From positions 96,001 to 160,000 of the forward strand of contig CAVVJT010000007.1 of NCBI GenBank assembly GCA_963748625.1: a stretch of 64,000 nt of DNA, written 5' to 3'. Source of the DNA: an uncultured Chloroflexia bacterium. Its GTDB lineage: Bacteria > Chloroflexota > Limnocylindria > Limnocylindrales > CSP1-4. The position numbers and the translations under genes are program-made. The notes under the pieces are model-generated. The model had not been told where the DNA came from. It saw only the letters and a list, made by a program, of their open reading frames with translations, and did no database searches. The first letter of the stretch is position 1, and each line of letters opens with the position of its first letter. Positions 49,163 to 58,258 of the stretch are shown piece after piece.

Positions 49163-49550
49163 GATGGCGGGCCGCAGCCCGTTCGAGTACGCCATCGTCC
49201 GCGTGATCCCCCGCGTGGAGCGCGGCGAGGGCTTCAACGCCGGCATCGTCCTGATGTGCCGCCCGAGGCGCTACCTCGGCGCCCGGACGTATCTCGACGA
49301 GCGCCTGCTGGTGGCGATGCGTCCCGACTGCGACCCGGAGATCGTGCGCGCCCACCTGGGCGTGATCGACGCGATCGCGCGCGGGGACGCCGACGCCGGG
49401 CCGATCGGCAAGCTGTCCATGCCGGAGCGGTTCCACTGGCTGGTATCGCCCTCGTCCACGATCATCGCCACGTCGCCCGTCCACACCGGGCTCACCGCCG
49501 ACCCTGGCGCAACGCTCGACCACCTGTTCCGCACGCTCGTGGAGCGCTAG
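49146..49550 (+). CDS. DUF3037 domain protein
   Basis: FEYAIVRVIPRVERGE..NAG, ERFHWLVSPSSTII..SPVHTG. Confidence 0.88.
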   Translation: MPEPREMAGRSPFEYAIVRVIPRVERGEGFNAGIVLMCRPRRYLGARTYLDERLLVAMRPDCDPEIVRAHLGVIDAIARGDADAGPIGKLSMPERFHWLVSPSSTIIATSPVHTGLTADPGATLDHLFRTLVER

Positions 49551-49552
49551 GC

Positions 49553-51133
49553 GTGTCCCTCGCCCGAGTGGCCGTCGCCGTACTCGTCCTGCTGCTCGTG
49601 GCAGCCTGCGGGGACGGTCCGCCCTCGGCCACACCCGCCGCCCCCGGTGCGCCGCCCATCGCGACCTTCACACCGCCCGAGGAGCTGCCGCTCCCCGACG
49701 AGGACGCGACGCTCGAGCAGATCCTGCTCCGCAACACGGACGGGCGCTTCGACCGGTACGGCTCCATCGGCCAGCTCCAGGGCGCGTCCTCGATCTGCAC
49801 CGCGGTCCTGCTGGACGCGGGCGCCGGCGACAGCGCGCCTGCCTACGCCCTGACCAACGGCCACTGCGTGGGCGTCTTCGGAGCCAACGAGACCCTCGTG
49901 GACGCTCCGGCGGAGGGCATCGCAGTGGCCTTCAACTGGTTCGTGGACGTGGCGGAGCACCGGGTGGTCCCGGTCACCCGGATCGCCTGGGCGACCATGC
50001 GCGACACGGATCTCGCGCTGCTGGAGCTCGGAGCGACGGTGGGCGACCTGGGCGCACTGGGCCTGCGCGGCTGGCATCCCGAGAACGTCCCGTCGGTCGG
50101 CGGGAGCCGCGATGTGGTGATGGTGGGGATCCCGGTCGGCCTGCCGCTGGTGGACATCCCGGAGGCCGAGCGGTACCTGCGCCTGGGCATCTGCAGCCTG
50201 GACACGGAGCCCGTCCGCGTGAACGAGCGCCAGTGGCTGTGGACGAGCACCCTGCGCAATGACTGCCCGCAGGTGCTGCCCGGCAACTCCGGCTCGGCGG
50301 TCCTCGATGCGGGCACCGGCCGCCTGGTCGGCCTGGTCAACACCACCACCTACCTGGGCGAGAACGGTGCCGAGTGCTGGCTGGGCCGGCCATGTGAGAG
50401 CAGCGAGGATGGCGAGGTGACCCTCCCGGACACCTCGTACGCCCAGCCGGTTGGTGGCATCGAGCGCTGTTTCGTGGCCGACGGGGTGTTTGCGCTCGGC
50501 GGCGAGTGCCCGCTGCAGCCAGGCGGGGACGCCACGATCGACGGAGCTCCGCTGGCCGTGAACCCCACGCTTGAGCCGGTCCTGCCTGACCTGCCTCCGT
50601 CCCAGGCCACATGGGCGACCACGATCGGCGGCGAGGGCGTGACCCACTTCCGCTGGAAGACGGGGCCGTTGGGCACGCTCGACTGCGCCGCAGACGAGGG
50701 CTACTCGGCGCCGCAGCCGGTGGCGACAATGATCGACGACGCTCTGCCGACCACCGAGCAGCGCCTGCTGCTGTGCGTGGTCGGCGGCCCGTCGGCCACC
50801 CCGGACGCCGGCTGGCAGGCACCCGCGAACGCCTCGATCGCGGTCACCTACATCGACACGACACCCCCGCTCGCCCCCGTGCGCTTCCACGTGATCGGCG
50901 ACGCGACGTCGGGCTGGCGCATCGAGCCGGTGTTCAACCCGCCCGAGCTCTCCAACTACTTCATCAAGGGCGGCCCGGCCAGGGCCACGGACTGCGGCGA
51001 CACCGACGGCTACAGGCCCTACCGGCGCATCCCGACCGACGTGGCCGCGGAGGACGCTCCGTACCGCTTCTGCGCCATCGGCACCGACGACGCGGGCAAC
51101 GCGGCGCCGCCCGCCTCGAAGGTGCTCAAGTAG
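49553..51133 (+). CDS. Lipoprotein with trypsin-like (S1) serine protease domain
   Basis: Lipobox VAAC; LTNGHCV (His), TDLALL (Asp), PGNSGS (Ser); Cys-rich C-terminal domain. Confidence 0.85.
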   Translation: MSLARVAVAVLVLLLVAACGDGPPSATPAAPGAPPIATFTPPEELPLPDEDATLEQILLRNTDGRFDRYGSIGQLQGASSICTAVLLDAGAGDSAPAYALTNGHCVGVFGANETLVDAPAEGIAVAFNWFVDVAEHRVVPVTRIAWATMRDTDLALLELGATVGDLGALGLRGWHPENVPSVGGSRDVVMVGIPVGLPLVDIPEAERYLRLGICSLDTEPVRVNERQWLWTSTLRNDCPQVLPGNSGSAVLDAGTGRLVGLVNTTTYLGENGAECWLGRPCESSEDGEVTLPDTSYAQPVGGIERCFVADGVFALGGECPLQPGGDATIDGAPLAVNPTLEPVLPDLPPSQATWATTIGGEGVTHFRWKTGPLGTLDCAADEGYSAPQPVATMIDDALPTTEQRLLLCVVGGPSATPDAGWQAPANASIAVTYIDTTPPLAPVRFHVIGDATSGWRIEPVFNPPELSNYFIKGGPARATDCGDTDGYRPYRRIPTDVAAEDAPYRFCAIGTDDAGNAAPPASKVLK

Positions 51134-51146
51134 GCGAGGTCAGCGG

Positions 51147-51425
51147 TCAGGCCGCGTCGGCCCGCCGGAAGTGCAGCGCCACGCCGATGGTCAGCAGCAT
51201 GAAGGTGAGCGAGGCGACGTTCGAGATCATCATCGGCGGGTTCCAGATCGAGATCCCGTAGGCCAGCCACAGGACGAACCCGGCCGACAGCAGCGCCGGG
51301 TAGCCCAGCGAGAAGTCCCGGCTGGAGCGGGTGTGGAGCATGCGCCGGATCTGGAGCGCGGGTGCCACGGCCATCAGCAGGCCCGCGATCAGTGCTGCCA
51401 CGCCGAGCATGTCGGGGACCGTCAC
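51147..51425 (-). CDS. SemiSWEET/PQ-loop transporter
   Basis: Three TM helices, P..Q, TRSSRDFS, LWLAYG, SN. Confidence 0.85.
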   Translation of the reverse strand: MTVPDMLGVAALIAGLLMAVAPALQIRRMLHTRSSRDFSLGYPALLSAGFVLWLAYGISIWNPPMMISNVASLTFMLLTIGVALHFRRADAA

Positions 51426-52003
51426 GCGCGCTTCCCCTGGGCCCGCAGCTCCGCCTTCATCGCCCGCTTGCCCGCCTGGTACTCGGCGAGCGCCTCAGGC
51501 GAGTCCACGTCGCCCAGCGTGGGATGGTCGGGTACCAGCGCCTCCCAGCCCGCAGGCCGGACACCCAGCTGCTTGCCAAGCAGGCTCACGATCGTGCCCG
51601 CCTTCATCTCACCGATGCCCGGCAGCGCGATGAGGCGCGCGTGGAGGTCCCGCGCATCGGCGGCGCCGGTCCAGATGCCCGATGCATCGCCGCCGTAGGT
51701 CGTGGCGACCACGGCGCACAGGTCGCGCACCCGCTTCGCCATGCTGCCCGGGAAGCGATGGAGCGCGGGTGGCGTGCGGAAGGCGGTGTCGAGCGCCTCG
51801 GGATCCATCGCGGCGATCGCGGCGGCGTCGAGGCCGCCGATCCGACGGCGCAGCTCATGCGGCCCGGCGAAGGCCTTCTGGACGGTCACCTGCTGGTCGA
51901 GCGCGAAGCCGATGAGCAGCGCGAGCGGGTCGGTGACGAGCAGTCGGTCGGCCTCGTCGATGCCGGTGAAGGGGAGGCGGGAGGGTCGGTTGGGCACGCT
52001 CAT
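51422..52003 (-). CDS. HhH-GPD-type base-excision repair family protein
   Basis: LLIGFALDQQV..QKAF.GP, HRFPGSMA, LPGIGEMKA. Confidence 0.88.
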   Translation of the reverse strand: MSVPNRPSRLPFTGIDEADRLLVTDPLALLIGFALDQQVTVQKAFAGPHELRRRIGGLDAAAIAAMDPEALDTAFRTPPALHRFPGSMAKRVRDLCAVVATTYGGDASGIWTGAADARDLHARLIALPGIGEMKAGTIVSLLGKQLGVRPAGWEALVPDHPTLGDVDSPEALAEYQAGKRAMKAELRAQGKRA

Positions 52004-52062
52004 CCGCCCATCGTACGCGCCCGGGGCCTCCAGCCCGGATCACCGCCGACTACGATCGCCCC

Positions 52063-53325
52063 ATGACACAGCCCGCACCCTTCGCCGATGCCGCCGGCCG
52101 CCTCGCGATCATGGCCGGTGCCCTCCTGGACGTGGAGACCGGCGCCACGCTCCCCGATCGCGTGCTCCACATCGAGGACGGCCGGGTCGCCGCGGTAGGC
52201 AGCCTGGCCGACGGCCTGCCCGACGGCGTGCCCGTCATCGACCTTGCCGGCCTCACCGTGCTGCCCGGCTTCATCGACACCCACAGCCACCTCGTGGGCG
52301 AGGTGCAGACCGCGGGCGTGCCCGCCACGACGACCACCGGGGCGCAGGATGCGCTCCTCTCCGTGCGCAACGCCCGGGTCACCCTCGAGGCCGGCGTCAC
52401 CACCGTCCGGGACCTGGGGCCGTTCCGCGCCTTCGTGGACTGCGCACTGCGCGACACGATCAACCACGGGGAGCTCGAAGGGCCGCGGATGCAGGCCGCG
52501 GGGGCGTTCATCACCGTGCCCTGGGGCGGCGGCGACGTCGTGGGCCTGGCGCCCGACATCCGCCTCCCCGAGGAGCTCCGTTTCGGCGTGGTCCGCTCGG
52601 TGGACGATGTGCGCGAGCGCGTGCGCCGCCTGCTGATCGGGGGCGCGGACGTCATCAAGTGCATCGGCACGGGCGCGGTGCTCACGCGTGGCGGCGTCCC
52701 GGGCGCGCCCGAGCTGACCGAGGCGGAGATGCGCGCCGCCGTCGAGGAGGCGGCGCTCTACGGCGCCTACACGGCGATCCACGCCCACTCGTCCGAGGGC
52801 GCGCAGCGGGCCATCCGCGCCGGCGCCCGCTCAGTGGAGCACGGCTCGCTGATCGACGACACGACGATCGAGATGCTCGCCGACACGGGCACGTACCTGG
52901 GCGTTGACCTCTACGACGGCGAGTGGAGCCTGGAACACGGTTGGGACGAGGGCTGGCCGGCAGCCACCATGCGCAAGATGCAGATGAGCCAGGAATCGGG
53001 CGTGGAGGTGTTCCGCAAGGCGGTCGCGCGCGGCGTCCGCATCACCTACACCACCGACAGCGGCGTCTACCCGCACGAGCTGGTGGCGAAGCAGTTCGAG
53101 GTCTACGTCCGGCTGGGGATGGCGCCCCTCGCGGCGATCCGCTCTGCCACGGTGGTGGCGGCGGAGTGCCTGGGCTGGGAGGACCGCGTGGGGACCCTGG
53201 CGCCGGGACGGTTCGCCGACCTGGTGGCGGTCGAGGGTGACCCGCTGGCCGACATCACGACCCTCGAGCGGCCGGTGGTCGTGGCCAAGGGCGGCCGGCT
53301 TGCGCTGGACCTGCGGGCAACGTGA
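52063..53325 (+). CDS. Amidohydrolase (Xaa-Pro dipeptidase-like)
   Basis: PGFIDTHSH, GADVIK, AIHAH, SVEHG, TDSG, G.LAPGRFADLV. Confidence 0.92.
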   Translation: MTQPAPFADAAGRLAIMAGALLDVETGATLPDRVLHIEDGRVAAVGSLADGLPDGVPVIDLAGLTVLPGFIDTHSHLVGEVQTAGVPATTTTGAQDALLSVRNARVTLEAGVTTVRDLGPFRAFVDCALRDTINHGELEGPRMQAAGAFITVPWGGGDVVGLAPDIRLPEELRFGVVRSVDDVRERVRRLLIGGADVIKCIGTGAVLTRGGVPGAPELTEAEMRAAVEEAALYGAYTAIHAHSSEGAQRAIRAGARSVEHGSLIDDTTIEMLADTGTYLGVDLYDGEWSLEHGWDEGWPAATMRKMQMSQESGVEVFRKAVARGVRITYTTDSGVYPHELVAKQFEVYVRLGMAPLAAIRSATVVAAECLGWEDRVGTLAPGRFADLVAVEGDPLADITTLERPVVVAKGGRLALDLRAT

Positions 53326-53563
53326 AGGGTTCGTCCCCCGGTGCGGGTGCGCCGTGCATGGAACGCAATACATCGGCGGTGTCGCGTCGCCAGGTTGTCG
53401 CGCAAGCACGGATACAACGCGAGCGAGGACCTGACCGGACCTCTCGGGCTGCTCCGATGTCGTCGCACTGCACCTTGTGCAGCGTCTCCGCAATCCGCGC
53501 CCGATCTATTGCTTTGTCCGCATGCCCGCTGGGCCACGCCAGCGCCGTGTGGGTCTGACGCGG

Positions 53564-54319
53564 ATGCTGCTCGGGATCGACCACCTCGTCCTCGCCGTTC
53601 GGGACGTCGCAGCGGCGGAGGAGACGCTCGCGCGCAGCATCGGCCTGGCCTGCACCGGCGGCGGCCGGCACGAGGCGATGGGCACGTACAACCGCCTCGC
53701 GTTCCTGGGCGACACCTACCTCGAGCTGATCGGCGTCTTCGACCGGGCGCTGGTGGTCTCGTCCACCACGTTTGCCGTGGGCAATGCCTCGCTGGCGTTC
53801 CTGGAGTCCGGGCGGGAGGGCCTGGCCACGTTCGCGCTCGCCAGCGACGACATCGTGGCTGACGTGACCGCGCTCCGGGCGGCCGGCTCCCCGATCGGCT
53901 CACCAGTGCCCGGGTTCCGGGTCCGTCCCGATGGCGGGATCGTCCGCTGGATCACCGCCTTCCCCGAGCTGGGTCCGGGGCGCCCGCCGTTCCTCATCGA
54001 GCACGCGTACGAGGGCGCCGAGTGGGGCGCCGACGCCCGCGCGGCCCGGGCGGCGTTCCAGCACCCGGCAGGCGGCCGCGTCCGGCTGCGCGCCATGGAG
54101 CTGCCGGTGGCCGATGTGGCAGCCGCCGTGCGGGAGCACGCCGCGGTCCTGGGCCTGGACTTCGCAGGCGGGACGACACGGGTGGGCGACCAGGTCGTGG
54201 CGCTGCGGGAGGCGGGGCCAGGATCACTGCCGGTTGTGCGGCTGGCCGGCGAGGCGGGCACGCCCGCCCTGGACGAGGAGCTGCTCGGGGTCCGCTGGAT
54301 CCGCGAGGCGCGCCAGTGA
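53564..54319 (+). CDS. VOC family (Glyoxalase_3) protein
   Basis: IDHLVLAV, GGRH..GT.N, YLELI, RPDG..W, PFLI. Confidence 0.88.
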   Translation: MLLGIDHLVLAVRDVAAAEETLARSIGLACTGGGRHEAMGTYNRLAFLGDTYLELIGVFDRALVVSSTTFAVGNASLAFLESGREGLATFALASDDIVADVTALRAAGSPIGSPVPGFRVRPDGGIVRWITAFPELGPGRPPFLIEHAYEGAEWGADARAARAAFQHPAGGRVRLRAMELPVADVAAAVREHAAVLGLDFAGGTTRVGDQVVALREAGPGSLPVVRLAGEAGTPALDEELLGVRWIREARQ

Positions 54320-54341
54320 CCGGGCGGGTACGCTGCGCTCC

Positions 54342-55094
54342 ATGAGCACCGGTCGCGACATCACGATGCGGACGCCGTCGGGCCGCCGCCTCACCGCCTT
54401 CCTGGCCACGCCCGACGCCCCCGAGGACGTGCCGCAGCCGGCTGTGCTCGTCGTGCACGAGATCATGGGCCTCAACGACGACATCCGGCGCATCACGCAG
54501 GTCTTCGCCGACAAGGGATACGTGGCGCTTGCCCCGGACCTCGTGGGGGCGGGGTTCAAGCCGCTGTGCATCGCACGCTTCGTGCAGGGCATGAGCAAGG
54601 CCGCCACCGGCCTCCCCTACCGCGAGATGGCCGCGTTCCAGGACTGGCTGGGCCGCCAACCCTACGTGGATGCCGACCGGATCGGGATGGCGGGCTTCTG
54701 TGCGGGCGGCGGCTTCGCGATCCTCTACGCGTCCAAGGGCGACCTGCCGCTGCGGGCGATCGCGCCGTTCTACGGGATGCTGCCGGCCGACGAGTCGATC
54801 ATCCCGGCCCTCTGCCCGACAGTCGCCTCGTACGGTGGCCGGGACGGGACCACCGCGGGCGTCCCCGAGCGCCTGGAGGCCGGCCTGGCCGACGCCGGCA
54901 TCGCGCACGATGTCAAGGTCTACCCCGATGCCGGGCACTCCTTCATGAGCCCGCACGGCGGCCTGCTCGGCGCGGTCGGCCCCCGCACGCCCATGCACGC
55001 GGGCTTCAACGACGCCGCGTCCGCCGACGCCTGGCGCCGGGTCCTCGCGTTCTTCGGCGAGCACCTCGCGCCGCGGGCGGCCAGCGAGGCTTGA
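54342..55094 (+). CDS. Dienelactone hydrolase family
   Basis: HEIMGLNDDI, GFCAGG, YGGRD, YPDAGHSF. Confidence 0.92.
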   Translation: MSTGRDITMRTPSGRRLTAFLATPDAPEDVPQPAVLVVHEIMGLNDDIRRITQVFADKGYVALAPDLVGAGFKPLCIARFVQGMSKAATGLPYREMAAFQDWLGRQPYVDADRIGMAGFCAGGGFAILYASKGDLPLRAIAPFYGMLPADESIIPALCPTVASYGGRDGTTAGVPERLEAGLADAGIAHDVKVYPDAGHSFMSPHGGLLGAVGPRTPMHAGFNDAASADAWRRVLAFFGEHLAPRAASEA

Positions 55095-55121
55095 AGCCGG
55101 CGGCCCTCCGCCCTCGTCTCC

Positions 55122-55814
55122 CTAGGCGACCTTGCGCACGCGCACCGCACCCGGTCGTGTGGCCACGGCCACGAGGATGCGGTAGGCCAGCAGGAACGTC
55201 ACGGTGACGGCCGCGCCCAGGTAGAGCGCCTGGGCCCATGGCTCCGAGGCATCGGAGCCGGCGGCCAGCCCGTGCGCGGTGGCGCCCACGAACGCGAGGA
55301 AGGTCGTGTAGTGGAGCGCACGCCAGGCCCGCTGGCCGAGATGCCGGCGCACGTAGAACGACCCGATCACCAGCGCCGCGAGGTAGAAGGCGACTTGCCC
55401 GGCGGCCACCGCGAGTGGTGCGTGGGGCGCCAGCCCGGGCACCAGGACCTGCGCGATCGTGAAGGGCACCGTGTGGTCGAGCACGAGGATGACGCCGTGG
55501 ACCGCCGCCAGGGCGACCCCGATCGCCGCGAGGTCCTGGTGGAGGCTGAACGTGATCGGGCGGTGGGCGATGACATCGAGGATCCTCGTGGACAGCAGCA
55601 GCCCGTACACGACCGAGCCCGTCAGCGCGAGATAGGCCCCGAACCCGAGCACGCGCTCAACGAGCCACACCAGCGCCTGGCGGTTGGCGTCCCAGGCGGC
55701 GGCCAGGTCCGCGATCGCCGCGGGCGCCGTCGCGCCGATCACCATGCCGACAGCGATCGCGGCCAGTCCCCACCGCGCCACCGATGTGCGCGGATTCAGG
55801 CCGCGAAAGATCAT
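55122..55814 (-). CDS. Ferric-reductase-like (MsrQ-type) heme-b transmembrane protein
   Basis: TM helices with LHQ, VHG, WRALHY, AHG..GSD histidines; ATGA overlap with apbE. Confidence 0.85.
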   Translation of the reverse strand: MIFRGLNPRTSVARWGLAAIAVGMVIGATAPAAIADLAAAWDANRQALVWLVERVLGFGAYLALTGSVVYGLLLSTRILDVIAHRPITFSLHQDLAAIGVALAAVHGVILVLDHTVPFTIAQVLVPGLAPHAPLAVAAGQVAFYLAALVIGSFYVRRHLGQRAWRALHYTTFLAFVGATAHGLAAGSDASEPWAQALYLGAAVTVTFLLAYRILVAVATRPGAVRVRKVA

Positions 55815-56731
55815 CCCAGCCACTGCAGCAACCCCGGGGTGGCGCGGATCTCACCGTCCGCTGTGACGAGGACGGCGCCGTGGACGCCGGCCCGATCGAG
55901 AAGCTCGAAGGCGCGCTCCGAGCCCGCGATGACAGCGGCCTTGGCCCACACCTCGGCCGTGCGCGCGGAGTCGGCGAGCACGGTGGCCTGGACCACGTCC
56001 GTCGCGGCCGGGCGTGCGGTCGCAGGGTCGATCAGGTGATGGGCGACGTCCTCGCCGTGCCGCCAGCGGTGGACCGTGGTGCCTGACGTGGCCAGGCCGA
56101 GGACGCGGGCCGCTCCCTCACCTCCGCTCAGGTGGATCACCAGCAGGTCGTTGTCGGGCGATCGGGGATCCGCCACGCCAACCCCGAAGGCGTCGCCCGG
56201 CGCGACGCGGACGGCGATGTCGCCGTCCCCGTCCACCAGCACTGAGCGTCCCGGCGTCATGGCCAGGGCCCTGTCCGCGAGCCAGCCCTTGGCGACGCCA
56301 TCGAGGTCGAGCCGGACGCCCGGCGTCCTGTGGACCTCAGCCCCGCGTGCGCTGCGGGTCATCGACCACCGCCGCGCTGCCGCGACGCGTGGTGCGGGAT
56401 CGGTGCCCTCCTCCGCCGCCAGCCGGGCGTCGAGCAACGCGACATCCACCAGGCCGTCCGTGGCCGACTCGGCCGCGCGGGCCCAGTCGAGCACCGCTGA
56501 CAGCGTGGGTCGCACGGTGACCGCCTCGCCGGGATCGGCGTTGAGCCGGGCCAGCTCGGAGTCCGGATCGAACCGCGTGAGGATCTGCGCCCACGCCCCG
56601 ATCCTGTCGAGCGTCCGCTCCGCTGCCGCCTCGAGACGGCCGGCCGGCGCGTCGTCGGTGAGGTGGACGGACACCCGGCCCCCCAGCATCGTCCGGGTGG
56701 CGCCGGCGGTGCTCGCCATGGCCTGGGTCAC
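55811..56731 (-). CDS. apbE: FAD:protein FMN transferase
   Basis: LTRFDPDSEL..LN, TDGLVD, DLDGVAKGW.AD, GDI, ATSG, HHLIDP. Confidence 0.92.
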   Translation of the reverse strand: MTQAMASTAGATRTMLGGRVSVHLTDDAPAGRLEAAAERTLDRIGAWAQILTRFDPDSELARLNADPGEAVTVRPTLSAVLDWARAAESATDGLVDVALLDARLAAEEGTDPAPRVAAARRWSMTRSARGAEVHRTPGVRLDLDGVAKGWLADRALAMTPGRSVLVDGDGDIAVRVAPGDAFGVGVADPRSPDNDLLVIHLSGGEGAARVLGLATSGTTVHRWRHGEDVAHHLIDPATARPAATDVVQATVLADSARTAEVWAKAAVIAGSERAFELLDRAGVHGAVLVTADGEIRATPGLLQWLG

Positions 56732-57138
56732 GGCTTTCCGCCTGACTGGCGGGTGCGGGTGACCACCTTCGTCTTGACGATGGGCGTCGGCTGCGGCTGG
56801 GCCTGCGTCGCGGCGCCGGGGGGCGGTGTCTGGCCGGGCTCCAGCACGACATACCGGGTCACCTTGCGCACGGGAGCCGTCACGACGGGCAGCGCCTCGC
56901 CGGGCAGCGCCGCCGCGGTGGTCACGATGCCACCCGGGGCCGCGGCGGCCTGCGGGACGATCGACGGGGCCATCGCGGCGGTGAGCGCGGACACGGTCGC
57001 GATGCCGGCCATCCCCAGCATCAGGCGCATCGGGTTGGCGTTCGGGCGCGTGCGCGTCGTCACGGGGGTGGAGGGCCTGGCGGCGGTGGAAGGCCTGGCG
57101 GCGGAGGACCGGGCGGCGGTGTCGTGCGGGCGGCGCAT
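56728..57138 (-). CDS. Small single-TM protein ending VVTRTRQSG
   Basis: Coupled to both neighbours (TGATG, GTGA); TM followed by a Pro/Thr-rich tail. Confidence 0.7.
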   Translation of the reverse strand: MRRPHDTAARSSAARPSTAARPSTPVTTRTRPNANPMRLMLGMAGIATVSALTAAMAPSIVPQAAAAPGGIVTTAAALPGEALPVVTAPVRKVTRYVVLEPGQTPPPGAATQAQPQPTPIVKTKVVTRTRQSGGKP

Positions 57139-57440
57139 CAGTCGTCGTCCCCCTCGTGCTCACCCTCGTGCTCGTCGTCGTCGCCCCCGGCGGACGAACC
57201 GCCGACCACCGTGTTCACGATCACTTCCGGCGTCGCCTGCGGGCTGAGGTAGACGGTGTCGACCTGGACCGGGTCTGTGGCGGCCGGCGTATCCGTCGCA
57301 GCTGCTGACTCGAGCGGCAGGTCCACAGCCTGGGCGTCGGCAGCGGGCCCGGCAGGCCCGAAGCCGGCGACCGTGAGGCCCGCGGCCAGCACAAGCGCGG
57401 CGACGAGCGAGGCCGCGAGGAGCGCAATGCGGTTGATCAT
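57138..57440 (-). CDS. Small secreted protein with acidic/His tail (DDDEHEGEHEGDDD)
   Basis: Signal/TM MINRIALLAASLVAALVLAAG; first gene of the apbE operon. Confidence 0.7.
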   Translation of the reverse strand: MINRIALLAASLVAALVLAAGLTVAGFGPAGPAADAQAVDLPLESAAATDTPAATDPVQVDTVYLSPQATPEVIVNTVVGGSSAGGDDDEHEGEHEGDDD

Positions 57441-57581
57441 GGGGGGAGGTCTCCGAGGCGGTGGTGATACCGCGATGCTCGGATGGCAGCCCCCTGCACG
57501 CCCTATGGCGAACATGAGAAGTTCCACAGACGATGCCCGCGGCCCTATCCACGCGAGCGGGACCACCGCACAATCGCCGCC

Positions 57582-58256
57582 ATGCGCGTCCTCGTGGTGG
57601 AAGACGAACCGAAGATGGCGGCCCTCGTCCGCCGGGTCCTGGTGGCCGAGCGCCACGTGGTCGAGATCGCCCCGGACGGCGTGACGGCTGTGGCCCTCGC
57701 GGCCGACGGCGGGTTCGACGTGATCGTGCTGGACCGCATGCTGCCGGACATCGACGGGCTCACCGTGGTGCGCCTGCTGCGGGCGAAGCAGGTCGCGACG
57801 CCGGTCCTCATGCTGACGGCGCTCGGTGGCGTCGACGACCGGGTGGGCGGCCTTGACGCGGGGGCGGACGACTACCTCGCAAAGCCGTTCGCATTCTCGG
57901 AGCTCCTCGCCCGGATCCGGGCCCTGGGCCGGCGCCCGGCGCCGCAGGGCGACGCACGCATGGCCGCTGGCGACCTCGTCCTCGACGAGCTCCGCCACGT
58001 CGCCCAGGTCGGCGAGCACACCGTGGACCTCTCGGCGCGCGAGTTCGCCCTCCTCGGCTTCTTCATCCGGCACGCCAACCAGGTCGTCACCCGCCAGCAG
58101 ATCCTGGACCAGGTGTGGGGCGCCGAGCCTGACGTGTACTCCAACGTGGTGGACCTGTACGTGTCCTACCTGCGGCGCAAGCTCGGGGAGCTGGACCGGG
58201 CAGGCCGCCTCAAGACGGTGCGCGGCGTCGGTTACACGCTCAAGAGCGAGGGCTGA
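57582..58256 (+). CDS. OmpR-family response regulator
   Basis: MRVLVVEDE, LDRMLP, GADDYLAKPF, SNVVDLYVSYLRRK, TVRGVGY. Confidence 0.95.
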   Translation: MRVLVVEDEPKMAALVRRVLVAERHVVEIAPDGVTAVALAADGGFDVIVLDRMLPDIDGLTVVRLLRAKQVATPVLMLTALGGVDDRVGGLDAGADDYLAKPFAFSELLARIRALGRRPAPQGDARMAAGDLVLDELRHVAQVGEHTVDLSAREFALLGFFIRHANQVVTRQQILDQVWGAEPDVYSNVVDLYVSYLRRKLGELDRAGRLKTVRGVGYTLKSEG

Positions 58257-58258
58257 GG

